A DNA stretch of 64,000 nt from Kudoa neothunni (taxonomy: Eukaryota > Animalia > Cnidaria), in the NCBI GenBank assembly GCA_964304625.1, contig OZ199840.1, forward strand, positions 51,595 to 115,594, written 5' to 3'. Under the pieces are notes generated by a model. That model was given only the letters and a program-made list of their open reading frames with translations. It was not told where the DNA came from and ran no database searches. Below are positions 1-14,159 of this stretch, in pieces. The number at the start of each line of letters is the position of its first letter. Position 1 is the first letter of the stretch. The position numbers were made by a program, and so were the translations under genes.

Positions 1-3000
1 AGACGAATTTTAAACTTATTCAAGATATCAAAAACAACATTAATAGAAAATTAAGGTACTTTAAAAATAATGAAAACATTGAGTAAACCACTACAGCGCA
101 GAAATATTTTAGTCAACTTACGAAACCCTCTGTACGTAGTGTAGATATAATATTTTGATATAACATAGCAAAAGACAATGACAGAGTCTTATATTGAATA
201 TGGTAAACACACGATTGATTTCTACATCGTAGAACATATTACAGTAAGGTATCGGTATAGGGAGGGTTTTTAAAAATGAATAGTAATTTATCACGCAATA
301 CTGAGGGGATCGAGTATGCGCGTTATTATATTTTTTCATGGAAAAGAGTCAATTTTTTATCTTTTTTCCAGGCCGTATAATTTTATATAAAGTGTTCAAT
401 TAGGATTGGTGTGAAATAATTAGGATAGATTTTCAAATTGAATGGTTATCCAATAGTATTTATGACCGCTTTTACGTCACATTTCGTAATTATTTGACTT
501 TCTCGATGAAAATCAGCGTCAACGTTGCATTTTGTTGATCTTGCGACATTTATATAAGGTTAACTGTACATTTCTTCATGTATAACTTTGACTTACGTCA
601 ATTCCACGATCTCATTCGCGTTGGTATGTAGCAATAGAATAAAATTGAACCGACTGCATTACATACCATAAATTATTGTTTTTTCTGTATGACTAATATT
701 TACATTAAATTCGTCATAGTTTATGTTTAAAAATGTCTTCCTAAATTAATCGCGCGATTTGATATATCGGATATTTCTCGAAACAATTTCAATAGTTAGC
801 TCGTCACCATTTCCCACGTTGCCTTTAAAGTGCGAAGACGCTTAAAGACAGTATATTTAAAAATTTTCGTAGAATCATTAAATAGAAACTGATTAACGAA
901 TGATTTCCTACACTTTGACTTCAAATCATGTGTGGTTTGAAAATCTATTGATTTGGTGCCACTAGTATTCTTAGGAAGAAAGCACATTTCGATATAATTA
1001 AATTGATCAAGAATGAGATGTGTTTTTCCTTTTTATTCATTAAACTGCCTATCTATGTTTTTAACAATTTCAAAGAACAAAGCTGCGGACGTCCAGCTAT
1101 TTTTTGAAAAAGATAATTTACTGGGAGATTAGTGACACCGTAAAAACGGGGTGACTCTCTTTTTCGAGAATTTCATTCCCTTCAAATCGATTTTATTTTA
1201 TAGTGTTATATGTTCATTTGCACAACTGTTCGTAGTTGAAAGCAATCTTGTCAAAATTAATAATTTATACATTTTTTCGTCCCCGAAAATCTACAGAAAC
1301 CTTTTAGATCCATTCAAATACATTATCCATATCGGCATTCACAACCCCACCATACAATATAATGTTCTTCGAACAGTAATGAAACTTGAAATTTAGAAGC
1401 AAATCATTATTGAAGAAAATGATTAATCAATAGATTTCAGCGTTATATTATACAGATGCATTAAAAAATAACCGATAATTATCCAATGATTAAAAAATTT
1501 TTCGCCCAAAATATAATAAAAATTTGAATAAAAACCAAAATTTTTTAGACGATTTAAAAATATATCGCCCCATTATACCATTAGGAACTTAGATGCTTTT
1601 GAATTCAATAAAAATAAACGTCATATTTCCTCAATACAATCAATGTTATTCTATAACAATCTAAATAGAAAACCTAAATTGAAGTCCTGCATCTTCTCAG
1701 TTAATCCGTATAAATAAATCATAACATCATAAGAGAAGTGATTTCCGCGAATGCAAAGAAAACCAGACTCAACAATAAAGGGTGCCAAATTCATAACATT
1801 TTCTTCTATTTAAAGATTCTAAAATTAAGTATCAACGTTTGTTCAAATAATTTTTAAATTTATTTTACTTGAGTTATACCACGTAAACAGGAAAATGAGC
1901 CGGCCATGACAACATTAAATTCTTAGATAATATTAAATTCTTAAATTTAAAATAGAGAATTAATGATTCCAGAATTAAATAGATAAAATGAAAGCAGTAT
2001 TAGAATGCATTCAGAAAAAATCCGTTATATCATTATATTACTCATAAAGGATGTGTATGATAAGTAAAATCGTCAAAGACCGTATAAAATAATGTTCAAA
2101 AAGTAGATTCTTTCAATATTTAGTTATATACGAAACAAATATACATCTGTTATCGACATTATATAAATTTTCGGGTATAATCATCAAATAAAACGAAATA
2201 TCCCCATAAAATAAACGCTACAATAAACTACAAGCCATTATGATAGAAAATAAGTTTTCATTTTATTTGTACAAATATATCGGGAATTAAACGTAAAGCA
2301 ATCACAAATGTCCTTCCAATATGGCGGATAATTCCAAAAATCAACAAATAAGATTAAAAAAACGAAGCAAACCCCCAAGTTTCCCCTTTTTAAAAGAAAG
2401 GTGCATTTTATATTCCCGAAAATTAACATATAATTTTAAGGCAGCGGCTATTGGCACGATAAAATTTAATCCTAATCCATGTGTACGCATACGGATTTTT
2501 TAATCTCAACAACCATTTAAAAGCGGTTCATAGATTTAATATTTTAAAATAAGTTATATTTAATTATAGTCAAGACGAGTGTCAACTGAATATTATTTAA
2601 CATCCCAATAGCCCCTTCATAATTAATTTCAACTAATTCTTTACAACTAAATCACAACTTTAACTCAATTACAAATTTTACAAGAATTTTAACCTTCAAC
2701 TTTATCAAGAAAGGAAGTAAAACTTCATTTTTTTATTTGAACATTTTAACTTTGTGAGTGTTTTAATCATATAATTACATTTTTAAATACATCTATATTA
2801 TAATAATATAAATAATGTTTATTTGATTTTATAAAAATGAATTATGAAAATTTGTTTGTTTTATATCATGAACAATATAGATGAATATCTAATTCTACGG
2901 CAAATATAAAAAAGACTAAAAGTATCCTGCAATTAAATTTAGAATTTTGAGCTTTCAGTAAAACTAAAAAACATACACATACACATACATTAATAAGTTT

Positions 3001-3384
3001 ATTCTAAAAATGAATCTAAGAATAAAATATAATTTGATTCGTATACTATAAGGGACAGATTAATCCTTGTTGCCATTTGACACCATGTGTGTATCTTTCA
3101 AATTTTTGAAATAACTGCTCTAATTTTAGGATATTTTATATAAAATTATTTAAAATTAAACATAATGAGCGAAAAATATTTTTTGGTCACTGAATTAAAT
3201 TCGTAGTTCAAGGGGTTACTTATAAAAGTATGGAATTAGTTCCAAAAGAAAGCGCACATTTCAATATATAACAAAAACTAGTTGTGACAATTAAAGAACA
3301 GAGATATATAATACCACCAAGTGCCATTTGATTTGTTTATAAAGCAAAATTTTAGCTAATATCATTTGACCGCATCTCAATTAA

Positions 3385-3636
3385 CCCTCAGAGGACAGTC
3401 TTGGGTTTCAAGAGCCCTCCTTTCCGTTATTTTTAAAATAAATTTTATTAATAAATTTGTTGTATTTTATGTATTTTTGACAGAATTTCGCCTAATTAAA
3501 AATAAATATTACTTATCGACTAATGTAATAAAATGGGAAAAAATTCCGACGAAATTACTCAAAATGTAACCAACTACTAACTTAACAACAAAATGATATA
3601 AAGGTGTAGCATAGGGCTATGGTTGTCCTCAAAGGG
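3385..3636. mobile_element. piggyBac-like MITE
   Basis: TTAA then CCCTCAGAGGACAGTC at the left end; GGTTGTCCTCAAAGGG then TTTAA at the right end (12/16 inverted match). No coding capacity. Confidence 0.5.
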
Positions 3637-4060
3637 TTTAAATAACCTTAACTTCAATTAAGCATAACTTTAAGTGTATTTGTATTTATCACCAGCATTA
3701 ATAAAGCTATAAAAAAAGAATATACACAGCCAATTTATAATTTTAAAAAAACTTGATGGTAACGTAGATTATCCACAGCAACTTCAAATAAGCTTCGAGT
3801 ATTTATCGGATTATAGTTAAAGCTTTCCTATGATTAAAAATCATGTTGACTTAATCTGATTAGCGGAACAATTAAAATAAATTTATATATTAAATCCGGA
3901 TTAGTAATAAACTAAACTATTAATCAAAAATAAAAAGGAATATTCAAACGAACTGCTAAGTTTTTTGTTTATTGCGGAAAAGGGGTTGGTAATGGATGTT
4001 TTGCGCGCATATCATTGTTGATTGTCATTAGTGTGCTTATCAACAGCAAACTAATTGGTT

Positions 4061-6259
4061 ATGCTGGAAGAACATTTTTATGGTAATTGGTATTTTATTG
4101 ACAACCTGGGTGAAGGTTCATTTGGAAAGTAATATCCTTTCGAACGCACAGGCGAATCACTCACACACGATTGGATTTTAGTGTGAGATTGGCTAAAGAC
4201 AAAGAAACCAACGATTTGGTAGCAGTTAAAATAGTTGATCTCTCGAAAATTAAGGAGATCAAAGATATTGAAAGGGAGGTGATCATATTAAATTTGAACA
4301 CACAAGAAATTCCAATATTTTTCATTTAGATATGTATTCTAAAATTGATTAATCATAGCAGAATTGTTCGTTATTATGGTCATCGCAAAGAATCTACGCT
4401 TTACTATATATTTTTTGAATACCTCACAGGCGGAGAATTATTTAATTGGATAGGTATGGGATTGTGGTAGTTCTTCGAATACCACTAAAATATTTAATAT
4501 AATCGCACGATTATATTCTTGATAACTATAGATCCTGGTTATCCTATGGAGAATTCTCTTTGTTTCAGATTTTCATCTCAAATATTAGAGGCTATAGTAA
4601 TCAGTTTCAACAAGTGTTGAGGTTGTAATATGTTGTTTAGAATTATTTGCATTTAGTTGGAGTAGCACACAGAGATCTAAAATTAGAAAACGTCCTTTTG
4701 GATGAAAATAGTAACTTTAATTGGCGAAAAAATTTATTCAATATAAAAATAATTTAAATTATTATTTTAGATAATGTTAAATTGATCGATTTTGGATTGT
4801 CAACAATATTCCGATATAAAGGGAAAGAACGTTTTCTTGCTAAGATGTGTGGTTCAATGCCTTATACAGCTCCCGAGATTCTGTTATCAAAAGAATATCG
4901 TGCCCAACCAGCCGATATATGGTCATTTGGAGTGATATTATTTGCACTATTTACTGGCGGTGATTATCTTCATTTGGCTGTTATCAATCAACTCCAAATA
5001 TTATGAGTATTATTTTAGAGTTGCCATGGGATGCAGCTACTGACGAGTCTGCGGAATTTCGTCGTTTTAAAGTTGGCCAGCAACCTGCGGAATCTTGGGG
5101 TCGTTTAGATCAATATAAGCTAGGTTTAGATTTTCATTTAATTTTAAGGCGAGTTTTATTATACTTGATTAGATTTAATTACGCATTTATTTTGCGTAAG
5201 TCCAATTCAACGCTACACATACAAAGATGTGTGTGAGAGTTCGTGGTACAGATTGTGAGTTTTTGTTTGGATTTAAATGCACCTATTAATTTTGATTTAT
5301 TAAGCTCCCAAAAGATGGAATCCAACATAGGTAAATATATGTGCGCTTGTAATTACACAATGCTAATTATTTTTCTGAGTATAGCAATTGCAACAACACA
5401 ATCTAGTGGAGATATTAACAGTTCGAAGTATTTTATTCTCGAATAGACTAGCCTGAATTAGAGTTATTGAATTAATTTATTATGTTACAGGTATGTGACA
5501 AATAGTCAAGCGCCTAGCAATCCAAGTAGCGGCGGAGTCACTACATGTCTATCTCAGATGAATCCAACTACTGAATCGATTTCACTACTTTCCAATCATA
5601 GTCGATTCCCCAAGCAGAACGACATTGGAAATAATGCAGTGGATGCATTTTCTCAACCTATCAAGGCTGATGATTTGGTGGTGAGCCAAATGACCCAGGC
5701 CACTCAAACTTGTCAATCTACCCAGGTAAATTCTCATCGACTTTATAAGTGTTATCGCATTTCAATATATATTAATTTGAAATATGTAGAAAACGATCTT
5801 GAACAATGTGGCTAGAAAAATGACTCGTTTCTATGTCAAAAATGCTTCGGATGAATTTCTCAAACAAAGCATTGTGGAAATTCTCGACAGTTATGTGCTA
5901 CAATGGACACTTTTAAATGAATTTGGCGTATGGATTATATTCATTTATTATGACTTTGCCTAATTGATTAACTATTTTATTAAGTTTTCTGTAAATGCGA
6001 TCGATCGTCGTCGAAATCCATTGAATTTTAAAATCGAACTTCGACCTGTGTCATTACCGCCCTTAACATCTTCGAGCGAAACTAATCCGCCACCAGATAG
6101 CATTATTTTGGTGAATATAAAAAGAAACAAAGTAAATTAAATATGAAATTTACAAAATTGATTAACCTATTATAGGGTGATGGAATCGAATTTAAAAAAT
6201 TCTATCGACACATCAAGAATGACCTCAATCGATTGGTTACATGTGTGGATGTGATTTAG
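4061..6259 (+). CDS. CHEK1: Serine/threonine checkpoint kinase Chk1, multi-exon
   Basis: Manual splicing at GT-AG introns gives MLEEHFYGNWYFIDNLGEGSFGN-VRLAKDKETNDLVAVKIVD...HRDLKLEN...DFGLSTIFRYKGKERFLAKMCGSMPYTAPE...GELPWD. An SQ/TQ region follows (AFSQP, equivalent to the Chk1 S345 motif), then the Chk1 C-terminal motifs RKMTRFYV, DRRRNPLNFK and KGDGIEFKKFY. First exons: 4061-4128, 4182-4278, 4330-4453, 4532-4596, 4641-4710, 4771-4959. Last exon 6176-6259 (TAG). Middle linker exons are less certain. Confidence 0.95.
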
Positions 6260-6353
6260 GTTTAGACTGTTTTCAATTTGTCAGCTTAGTTATTGTTTGT
6301 AAGTGTTTATTTGAGAGAGTCATTTTTTATAATTCAACCCATAAAAGTAAAAA

Positions 6354-9300
6354 CTAAACAGTTGTGCTCGTAATAGTATAATTTTTTGGGTTGTTGAGAG
6401 TGGACGAATAGAAACCGTTTTGGTCGATTCGAGAAGCAAGCGAATTGTTATTGAGTTCGTTGGAGAGGGGTTTATCGTCACGGAGTAGTTTGATTAACTT
6501 AACAAGCGATTGTGTTATTTTGGCATCATACTCAACTAATTGTTTCCTATGGTTAGTATAAAAAGATTGATAACTCTCAGGTGGTTGATCCTCAAAAATA
6601 GCCATTTGAGAAGAGCAGAATTCCTCACTCAATGATAAAATGGCAAATATCCGCTAAAATACAATCAAGCTTACAAACAATAACAGACTCTATGTCTTAC
6701 TTCAATTAGATATTCGTTGTTAAGCAAAAATCCGGCTATACACTGAGCAAGGAAGTAACCGTGGTACTGTATAACTTGGTCAACATTTCTGACCTATATA
6801 AAAAGATTAAAAATTTGAAACTACTTAAAAATATGAGTTAGATGTTAGTGTAGTTACAATATTCTCATAAATAGAAAAAACTTCCTATTTTATCAAAAAT
6901 ATTTATAGAATATATTACGATAACACGTAAAAATAAATTGTATAATTTAAAATGGTGATATGTCTAATGTTCCAGTCTCCATTTTAACATTAAATTCTCT
7001 AAAATTATTTTTAAATTTTTCTTAAATCAATAAAAATTATTGTAACAACTAGAAACTATTTTTTGAAAAATATTCAAAATATAGCGTCATGGAGATGTAA
7101 TTATTTTCTCTTATTCATGTAAATTTTAAACGTAAAATAGGCATGACAAAGTTAAACATGTTTACATATTGTGAGTCAAGTTAAAATAAATGATAATTTT
7201 TACTAATATAAACAACTATTGAAGAATTATTAACTGAATTATGTTATTAGAATGGGCGAAATGCTTACTTAGATGGTATATTTTAGATTCAGAAGAATGG
7301 TTGCTTAAATTAGATATAACAGTGATTTTAGTTTATACGAAAAGCTTAATTATGATAAATGTAGCATGTGGATTATGAATGTTGTAATCCACATGTTTAA
7401 TATATTAAATTAATATTTTTATTAAGGTAATTAAAGCAAAATTTAACGTTAAAAATAAGAAATAATAAAATTTAATTTATTATATTCATATAATTCTATT
7501 CATATGAGTGGTGATAAAATGAATATGATTTTTTATTATTAAGGTGGATAAATATTGCAATGACACATGCGAAAACCATACGCTGTTTTTAAAGTTGCGT
7601 CACAATGATACAACACTTGAAGATATGAATAAATAAACATATTTAAAATTAAACTTTATGATTATAAAACTTTTAGTTCATTACTATTAAAATAACAAAA
7701 TAACTACTCAGGCTTTAGATAATTTATTGATATGTCGAAATCAACGCCATAAACTTGATTTGAACGCAAAAGAAATTGTAAAAATATCTTGGGAAAATTC
7801 AAGACTAATTTTAAGAAGTACTCAGTGCGATGCATGCGCAATGGAGAAATACAATGAAACCACGTTACATTATGAACACGAAATTTTAACTTTCTTAATA
7901 TTAAATGGCAAGTTTTTCAATATTTGACTAAGTTTAATTTTAATATTTTAAAGATAATAGATGCTTCGAAAATTAAAGAATATCATTCTACGGAAGTAAT
8001 AATAATTAAAAACACTAAATATTATAATAATTTTTAGTAAAAAATTACATTGATTGGGAAAAATTAGTGGTAAATATTAAATTAAGTAATTTCTTGCGCA
8101 TGCGAATAATTTAAGTTCCGCCGTTTATATTCCAAAAATGCGCGTAAAATATAAAGGAAATAAATTTGAATAAAATTTCTAATTTCCGAAATGAACAAAT
8201 TTTCAAATAATTGAGAGATATCTTATCCGTAACAATTATTTCAGTAACAATTAAGTAATTTAAAATTAATGCAGCAGATAATAATTGAAAGTAGTTTAAA
8301 AAAAGGATTAGTCAAAGTTATGGGGAATCTTAATATATTAACGCACGCGCACTTTATTTATTTCTACCCGCTCAAATTTTTCAACTTGATAAATAACACA
8401 TGTATCAATTTTTGAATTACTCACAATTTTTATTCAACCAAATGTATTTAAATAAATTAATCAATTTTTAGTCCAAGATCTACCTGAACAATCCTACAAA
8501 AATAAAAAATATTTTATTTAAAACACATACAATTAAATTTAATTAAATTAAATCAAGTTAAATTAAAATAAAATAAAGTATTGAGAGATTTAACACGAAA
8601 TTTAATTGTTAATACAAATAACGCGCAGTGTATTACATTTGCTAGATGATACTCCAGATTTTGCCAGTTGGGTTCGATCACTTCGAAGGCTAAATAATAC
8701 TCAAAAGTCTGTATGAAATGAAGCATTTTATTGTTGACAGAGAGCAGCATTTTGTAGAACATGAACCTAAACAAAAAAATGATAAAAGTGAGAAGATATC
8801 AATAATTAAAATTAACTACTCTTGAGGTGTATGGTAGGATTTATTGAATTGTTGCTGCACACATTTTTCCCACAATCTAAAAACAACTTCATCGTCAAAT
8901 TTATACCCATTTGAAATACTTGGTGTGAAGTCGTTCGACTCTTTTGACCAAAAAAATCAGCCTAAAAAGCATCTGGTATTTTATCAAGGATTTTCTATCC
9001 ACCACCAACGACAAAGGCCAAGCAACATCAAAGTTGAAACTAAAGGCCTCGTAGCCGAATACGGGAGTGTCGAGTGTTTTGGATTTGTCATCCCAGTTGG
9101 TGCCGATTGACCTGGCCATACTGTTTATACTGGATAGTTGAGTTCGGAGACTAGTAGGAAGTAGAACCACTCTACAGATTGAAACATTCTTATATGAAGA
9201 CATAAATAAATCAATCCGACTTGAGGTCATCCTTATGGGGGTCACTGGCACACACACTTAACGAAAGTGCGATTTCAACAGAAGATTCCAAACGATGAAT

Positions 9301-11827
9301 ATTAACGTCTATTTGGCAATTTGTAATTATAGCATCACTCACAACAACTAACCATGAATAATTTTTTCGAGTTCATTCCCCAAATTATCCATTAACAGCA
9401 CGTAAAAATCTCCTTGGTCGAACATAAAATAATGTTTCAACGATCTAATATATTAATTTTTTAAGTCATACATTAGTTACATTTAAATTTATGTGACTAT
9501 TGGCTTGTATGTTTAAAATTTTTCTACTTATTTTTATTGTATTTACCTTATTTATTATCACTCCTACTTAATTAATTAAAATTAATTTTTTTAAATATAT
9601 GTTGAGATGAATAAATTCCTCGTATTTTAATATTTTAGCCGCCATCCGATGATTAACCTTCGAAATAGAGTGGGGTAGATTTCTACCCCAAGTGAATTTT
9701 GCCAACAATACTATAGTGTATAAATGGAACATAACTCCTCTAAATTGTTCGTAATCTTTTATCGTTACGAAAACTTTCAGAATAATGAGTTGAAATTTTT
9801 TTTATCACATATCAAAAAAGTTAATGTAAAAACACCTCTCAAATAAAATTATTTAAAATATTAATACATGCGATTTTTAATAATTTAAGAAAATTCTATC
9901 GAGTAAATAATGAATAAATAACGAAACACCATACACGCGATGCCAACACGCATGCGCTCATAGATTAAGCATGTTGTTCTCTCATTATTTTTACACCAGT
10001 TATCCAATATACGACGACTTTTTATCAGTTTGCTTATTTCTACATAGTAGAAATAAACATCCCAAAACACATGTGAAAATTGTAAATCAATATTCCTAAT
10101 TTGGTATTATGGAGAACATTAAAAAGAGATATAGTATAATTGTTCAACCTTTTGACAAGTTTTGTGTTTTAGAAAGAAATTGAAAATGTATATAATAACT
10201 TATTTGTGAAATAAGCACTGTTTTCCATCATTTTATGTTTATGCGCAGTTTTACATTGCGACGTTTAAAATAAGAAACATTAATTGTCAGCTGTTATAAA
10301 TCTTGAATTAAATGTTAAAACTAAAAAATCGCGTAAATACACCTATTAATACAATCATACTCCCTGGAAATGTAACAAACATTATATGCGCGCATGCGTA
10401 CATATAATATAACTTCAATAATTTGTTATTTATTCGAAAGTTCCGCATCATTTGTCAATAAATGTTAACTTTTATTTGGAAGGTGTAAAAATTTCAGCTA
10501 CTTAAAAAATAAATACATCGGATGCTACATGGAATGAGTTAGAGTTTTTTTAACGAAATAGACATTTATCGGCAAAATGGTAGTTTAAATAGGGAAGTTC
10601 GATCAAATATACTTCGAAAACTTAGTCAAGCATACTTAATTTTAAGTCTCCACGAGCTCACCTATGCATTAAAAGCTGTTTTAATTCTGTTAAACTTTGA
10701 ATTTCACATATATTCATAAAATTTATCTTTCTTCTTTTAATTAAATTTTTAAAAATAATATTTAATTTTAATCCTTTTTTGGATGTTTTAAATCCGCCGT
10801 AAAGAAGCAGATGTAATATCGCATTTTCTTTAAGAATTCTTGTCGTATCGCTCGATTTAGCGCTTATTTGTTTGAAGTGATTAAAATGTCATCACTTCAA
10901 AGTATAACGTTTGGCGAACTTAACGACTTCTGGAAAATTTAAACGCATTAGATGAAAGTTCAACGGATAAATTGAGTAATGAGCATATTTATTCAAAAAT
11001 TCATAGTGATAAAATTGATATTTGTAATCCCTGGCTCCAGGAGTCCACGGTGATCCGCAGAGGGTTAATTAGATTCTAAAATTACAATTCAAAGTTTATA
11101 TATTCGATACAATACTTAATAATCGAGGAAAATCAATTCAATCAGATAAAAATGATTTCAAATTATAAATTTAATTTTAAAAAATATTAAGCCAACAAAA
11201 TTAAAACTCTACAAAGTTTAGCAAATAAAAAGAATATTTTTTCAAATTTATAACGACCACTTTATACATACAGTATGTTTAATAAACATTCACGCACGCG
11301 CGAAAATCTCGATATAGATAATACTTATGAAATTTAATCAGAAATAACGCAATAATTTTTGTAATCCATTAAGTAATTGTGATTAATAAAAACTTAATAT
11401 TTAAAAAATGTGAATTTTACGAATATTTATCTTCAAATTAACTGCAAACAATTTAAGCCAATAGTCAAACTTGAACAAATTAACCTCAAATATGGCAATA
11501 ATTTCTTCTCTTGGACCAACAACTGCAACAAACACGCACTAGCTTGATTGTGTGCATTTTCCACAATCGCCATGCAGGAACTGTATTCCTTGGTGAGTTG
11601 AATGGGTGAATTTGCATTTGTTTCACAGTCGAAATTTTTATCTACGCAATATTGTTCATATCAACGCGCCAATCAAAATAACCAACCAAACTGTCTTATA
11701 ACGTTTATATATTTTCCTGTGGATAGTATTTTATCTGCAATCTATCAAACAACAATAATTTAAATTAAATCAAATTAAATCAAATTAAATAATTAAATTA
11801 AATCCAAGTGGACTTATGTAAAGATAA

Positions 11828-11865
<38 letters not shown>

Positions 11866-14159
11866 GTTGAAGAAAGGATGGCGTTTTAGCCGAAGACAAC
11901 ACGTATTTCTTCTCCCAAAACACATCATTCAACTCATCTTCGACATTATTCACAGTGACATCATTACTCTCAACCATAAACTTTTGTTAATATTAATTTT
12001 AGCGAGTTAAAAATTTAAAGACCTCATCATAGGGATCATAGATTAATCCTTCGTGTATCCACTTTTGAAGAGATTCAAAAAATGGTGCGCACGCTTTATC
12101 AAGTAAATAAGTGAACAGTTCATTCGATATCCCCGCGCTATAATTATTAATGTGATTACACGCGTGAAATCATGTGCGCGACGTTTACCACTGAGAAAGT
12201 TGATAGGATTCGTAAAGAATATCGATCACTTTTTGAGCGGTTAAAGCTCCCTATTATATATTCAAAATGTCGCGCGCGCACACATTTGAATTTATACTTT
12301 GGACAATTGTTTACATAACCGTTCCAGTGGTTGCAATTGATTAATGCAGCTGTGCGCATGTGTGGCCAAACATTGCAGCGTTAGTTGTTTCTAATTATGC
12401 TTTGCTTACAATTCGCAAAACCACCAAACAACTAACTTCTTTGTGCTGGCTTTCCAACTCACAAATATATGCCATATACTCCCTGAGTAAAGTTTCAATT
12501 GCTTCAGATAACGCCTGCGCAACTCGACCCTCGTAAAGTGGAGACACATCTAGACGCACGCACAGTTTAAATTTCAATTCAATTTTTCAACAATATTGAA
12601 ATTACCATTTATAAAACTGGATATAGTTTGAAAAGATCCCACCAACGGAATCACACTTGATACTAGCTCTTTAATAGACATGTCTATTAAATATACAAGT
12701 GTTAAATGAGCCTGAGAGGAGATAATTAATTACCATACGAACTCGAAATTTTTAAAACCCAAGCATTGTTTTCATTGAACAGATGAATAAATTTGCCTTG
12801 TATTCCCTGTGTAATAAAAAAAATAAGAAGATGTTGAGAGATTAATAGAAATAGGCACTATAAAAAGAAATAATAAGTCTTCAATTGCCATTATTTCTTG
12901 AATATTGATATCCACGTCTTTAAGTTGTTGCTTTAATATTGTCTATATATATTTAGATATATATATATATAATTTAATAATGAGTAAAATAATTAAATGC
13001 TCTAACAAGCGAGAATATAATACATTTGGGGTATTTCCCAAATAAAGTTGCTCTTCATCATCAAATTCTATCAACTGATATTTCATGTATTTTCTCGCCA
13101 TAAACCATGCAGGCAACTTTGGCATTTGCGTATGCTCGTGGGCATCGTCATGTTGTTGTTGATCGTCGCCCATTTTGATAGAGATATTCAATCTAGACAT
13201 TTCTCTGTCAATCGTGGTGGTTGAGGTGCGAGACAATTTAGGTCTGTAATGATGAATGGATGAATCTCTCGATTGAATTTTAGTCTCAACTTGTGTGGAG
13301 CTGAATGTCTGCTCTTGATGACCTCCACTCTTAGAAATAGAAGACTCTTGCAGTGGAATAGTGTCTTCAGATTCTGGGATCTGCTTGGAATCCATAACCA
13401 CTTTAACACTTTTCTAAGTGGAATTTGGATGTTGATAATGAAGAAAAGTGTGAATTAATTAATGAATCGAATTACGACTGCTCACGATACTAGAATCTTA
13501 AACTAACAAACTCACCTTTATTAGAGGTGTAGATTTTTTATATCGTTTCCATGATTGGTTGGCGTCAATTTCAATACCATTCACATCGTTAGGGTGATGC
13601 TCTGTTGTTATAGGAAGTGTCGCAGATGGAATATTTTGTTGAAGATTGACTACCGCATTTGTTCGATTGTTAGTTGAGTTGTTGTTGCGATGTTCGTCAT
13701 CCAACTCACTGCCCAGAACGTACAACAAATGCGGCTGATTTTGTATGTTCGATAGAAAATAAATCAACAAATTCGCGTAATGAATACTATATCGAGATCA
13801 TTGTTAGAGGAGCTTAATGTCCAAAAATTACTCATCAACCAACAATTCTCGATACACACGACGCAACTCCTTTTTATTGATCTCTCCTTTGGAACACAAA
13901 CAGTTTATTGAATCACCCACCAAGTCCTTGTATTTATATTTTATGATATTAAAGCATTGCGAAAAATCTGCAGTTACCACATCGTAAGTAAATGTACCAA
14001 CATTCTCCAAAAGAATGTCAGTATATGTGGTCGAATCTGGCCCTCCATCCAATCTTAATTAACTTATAATAATGCAGTTTGGTTTAAGTACTGCAAATTT
14101 GAAATTAGACTGTCTACAAGAGTTTGAATTTCCTCTCTTATCACCTCACTACTTACCAT
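6354..14159 (-). CDS. TUBGCP2: Gamma-tubulin complex component 2 (GCP2/Spc97 family), multi-exon, with two ~2 kb introns
   Basis: Spliced translation shows GCP2-typical motifs: QEIMAIEDLLFLFIGIQG, YEGRVAQALSEAI, APFFESLQKWIHEGLIYDPYDEFMV, IADKILSTGKYINVIRQ, SLKHYFMFDQGDF, SDPHKDDLK, GYEAFSFNFDVAWPLSLVVDRKSLIKYQMLFR, MLHFIQTFEYYLAFEVIEPNW and RIDQNGFY. Probable ATG-only first coding exon at 14157-14159 followed by GTAAGT. The 5' structure is less certain because of an in-frame TAA at 14059-14061. Confidence 0.92.
11757..11862. repeat. Intronic simple repeats: AATTAAATCA-like tandem and (TA)n
   Basis: Directly visible inside a GCP2 intron; the (TA)n run begins at the intron donor (GTATATAT on the - strand). 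Confidence 0.9.

Noticed and set aside
1-3000. Short hydrophobic ORFs and a possible Tc1-like FGDEK motif or Helitron-like end near 1080-1360
   Set aside because: No coherent spliced frame; the motif order is wrong for Tc1. It may be decayed TE or gene sequence but cannot be supported.
8478-8500. Possible micro-exon or recursive splice site (TGTAG-GATTGTTCAG-GTAGAT on the - strand) in a GCP2 intron
   Set aside because: A 10-nt exon would frameshift GCP2, the flanking exons join correctly without it, and such motifs arise by chance.
14059-14061. Non-standard genetic code (TAA read as sense)
   Set aside because: TAA terminates all six array genes right after the TM tail, and there is only one anomalous instance.
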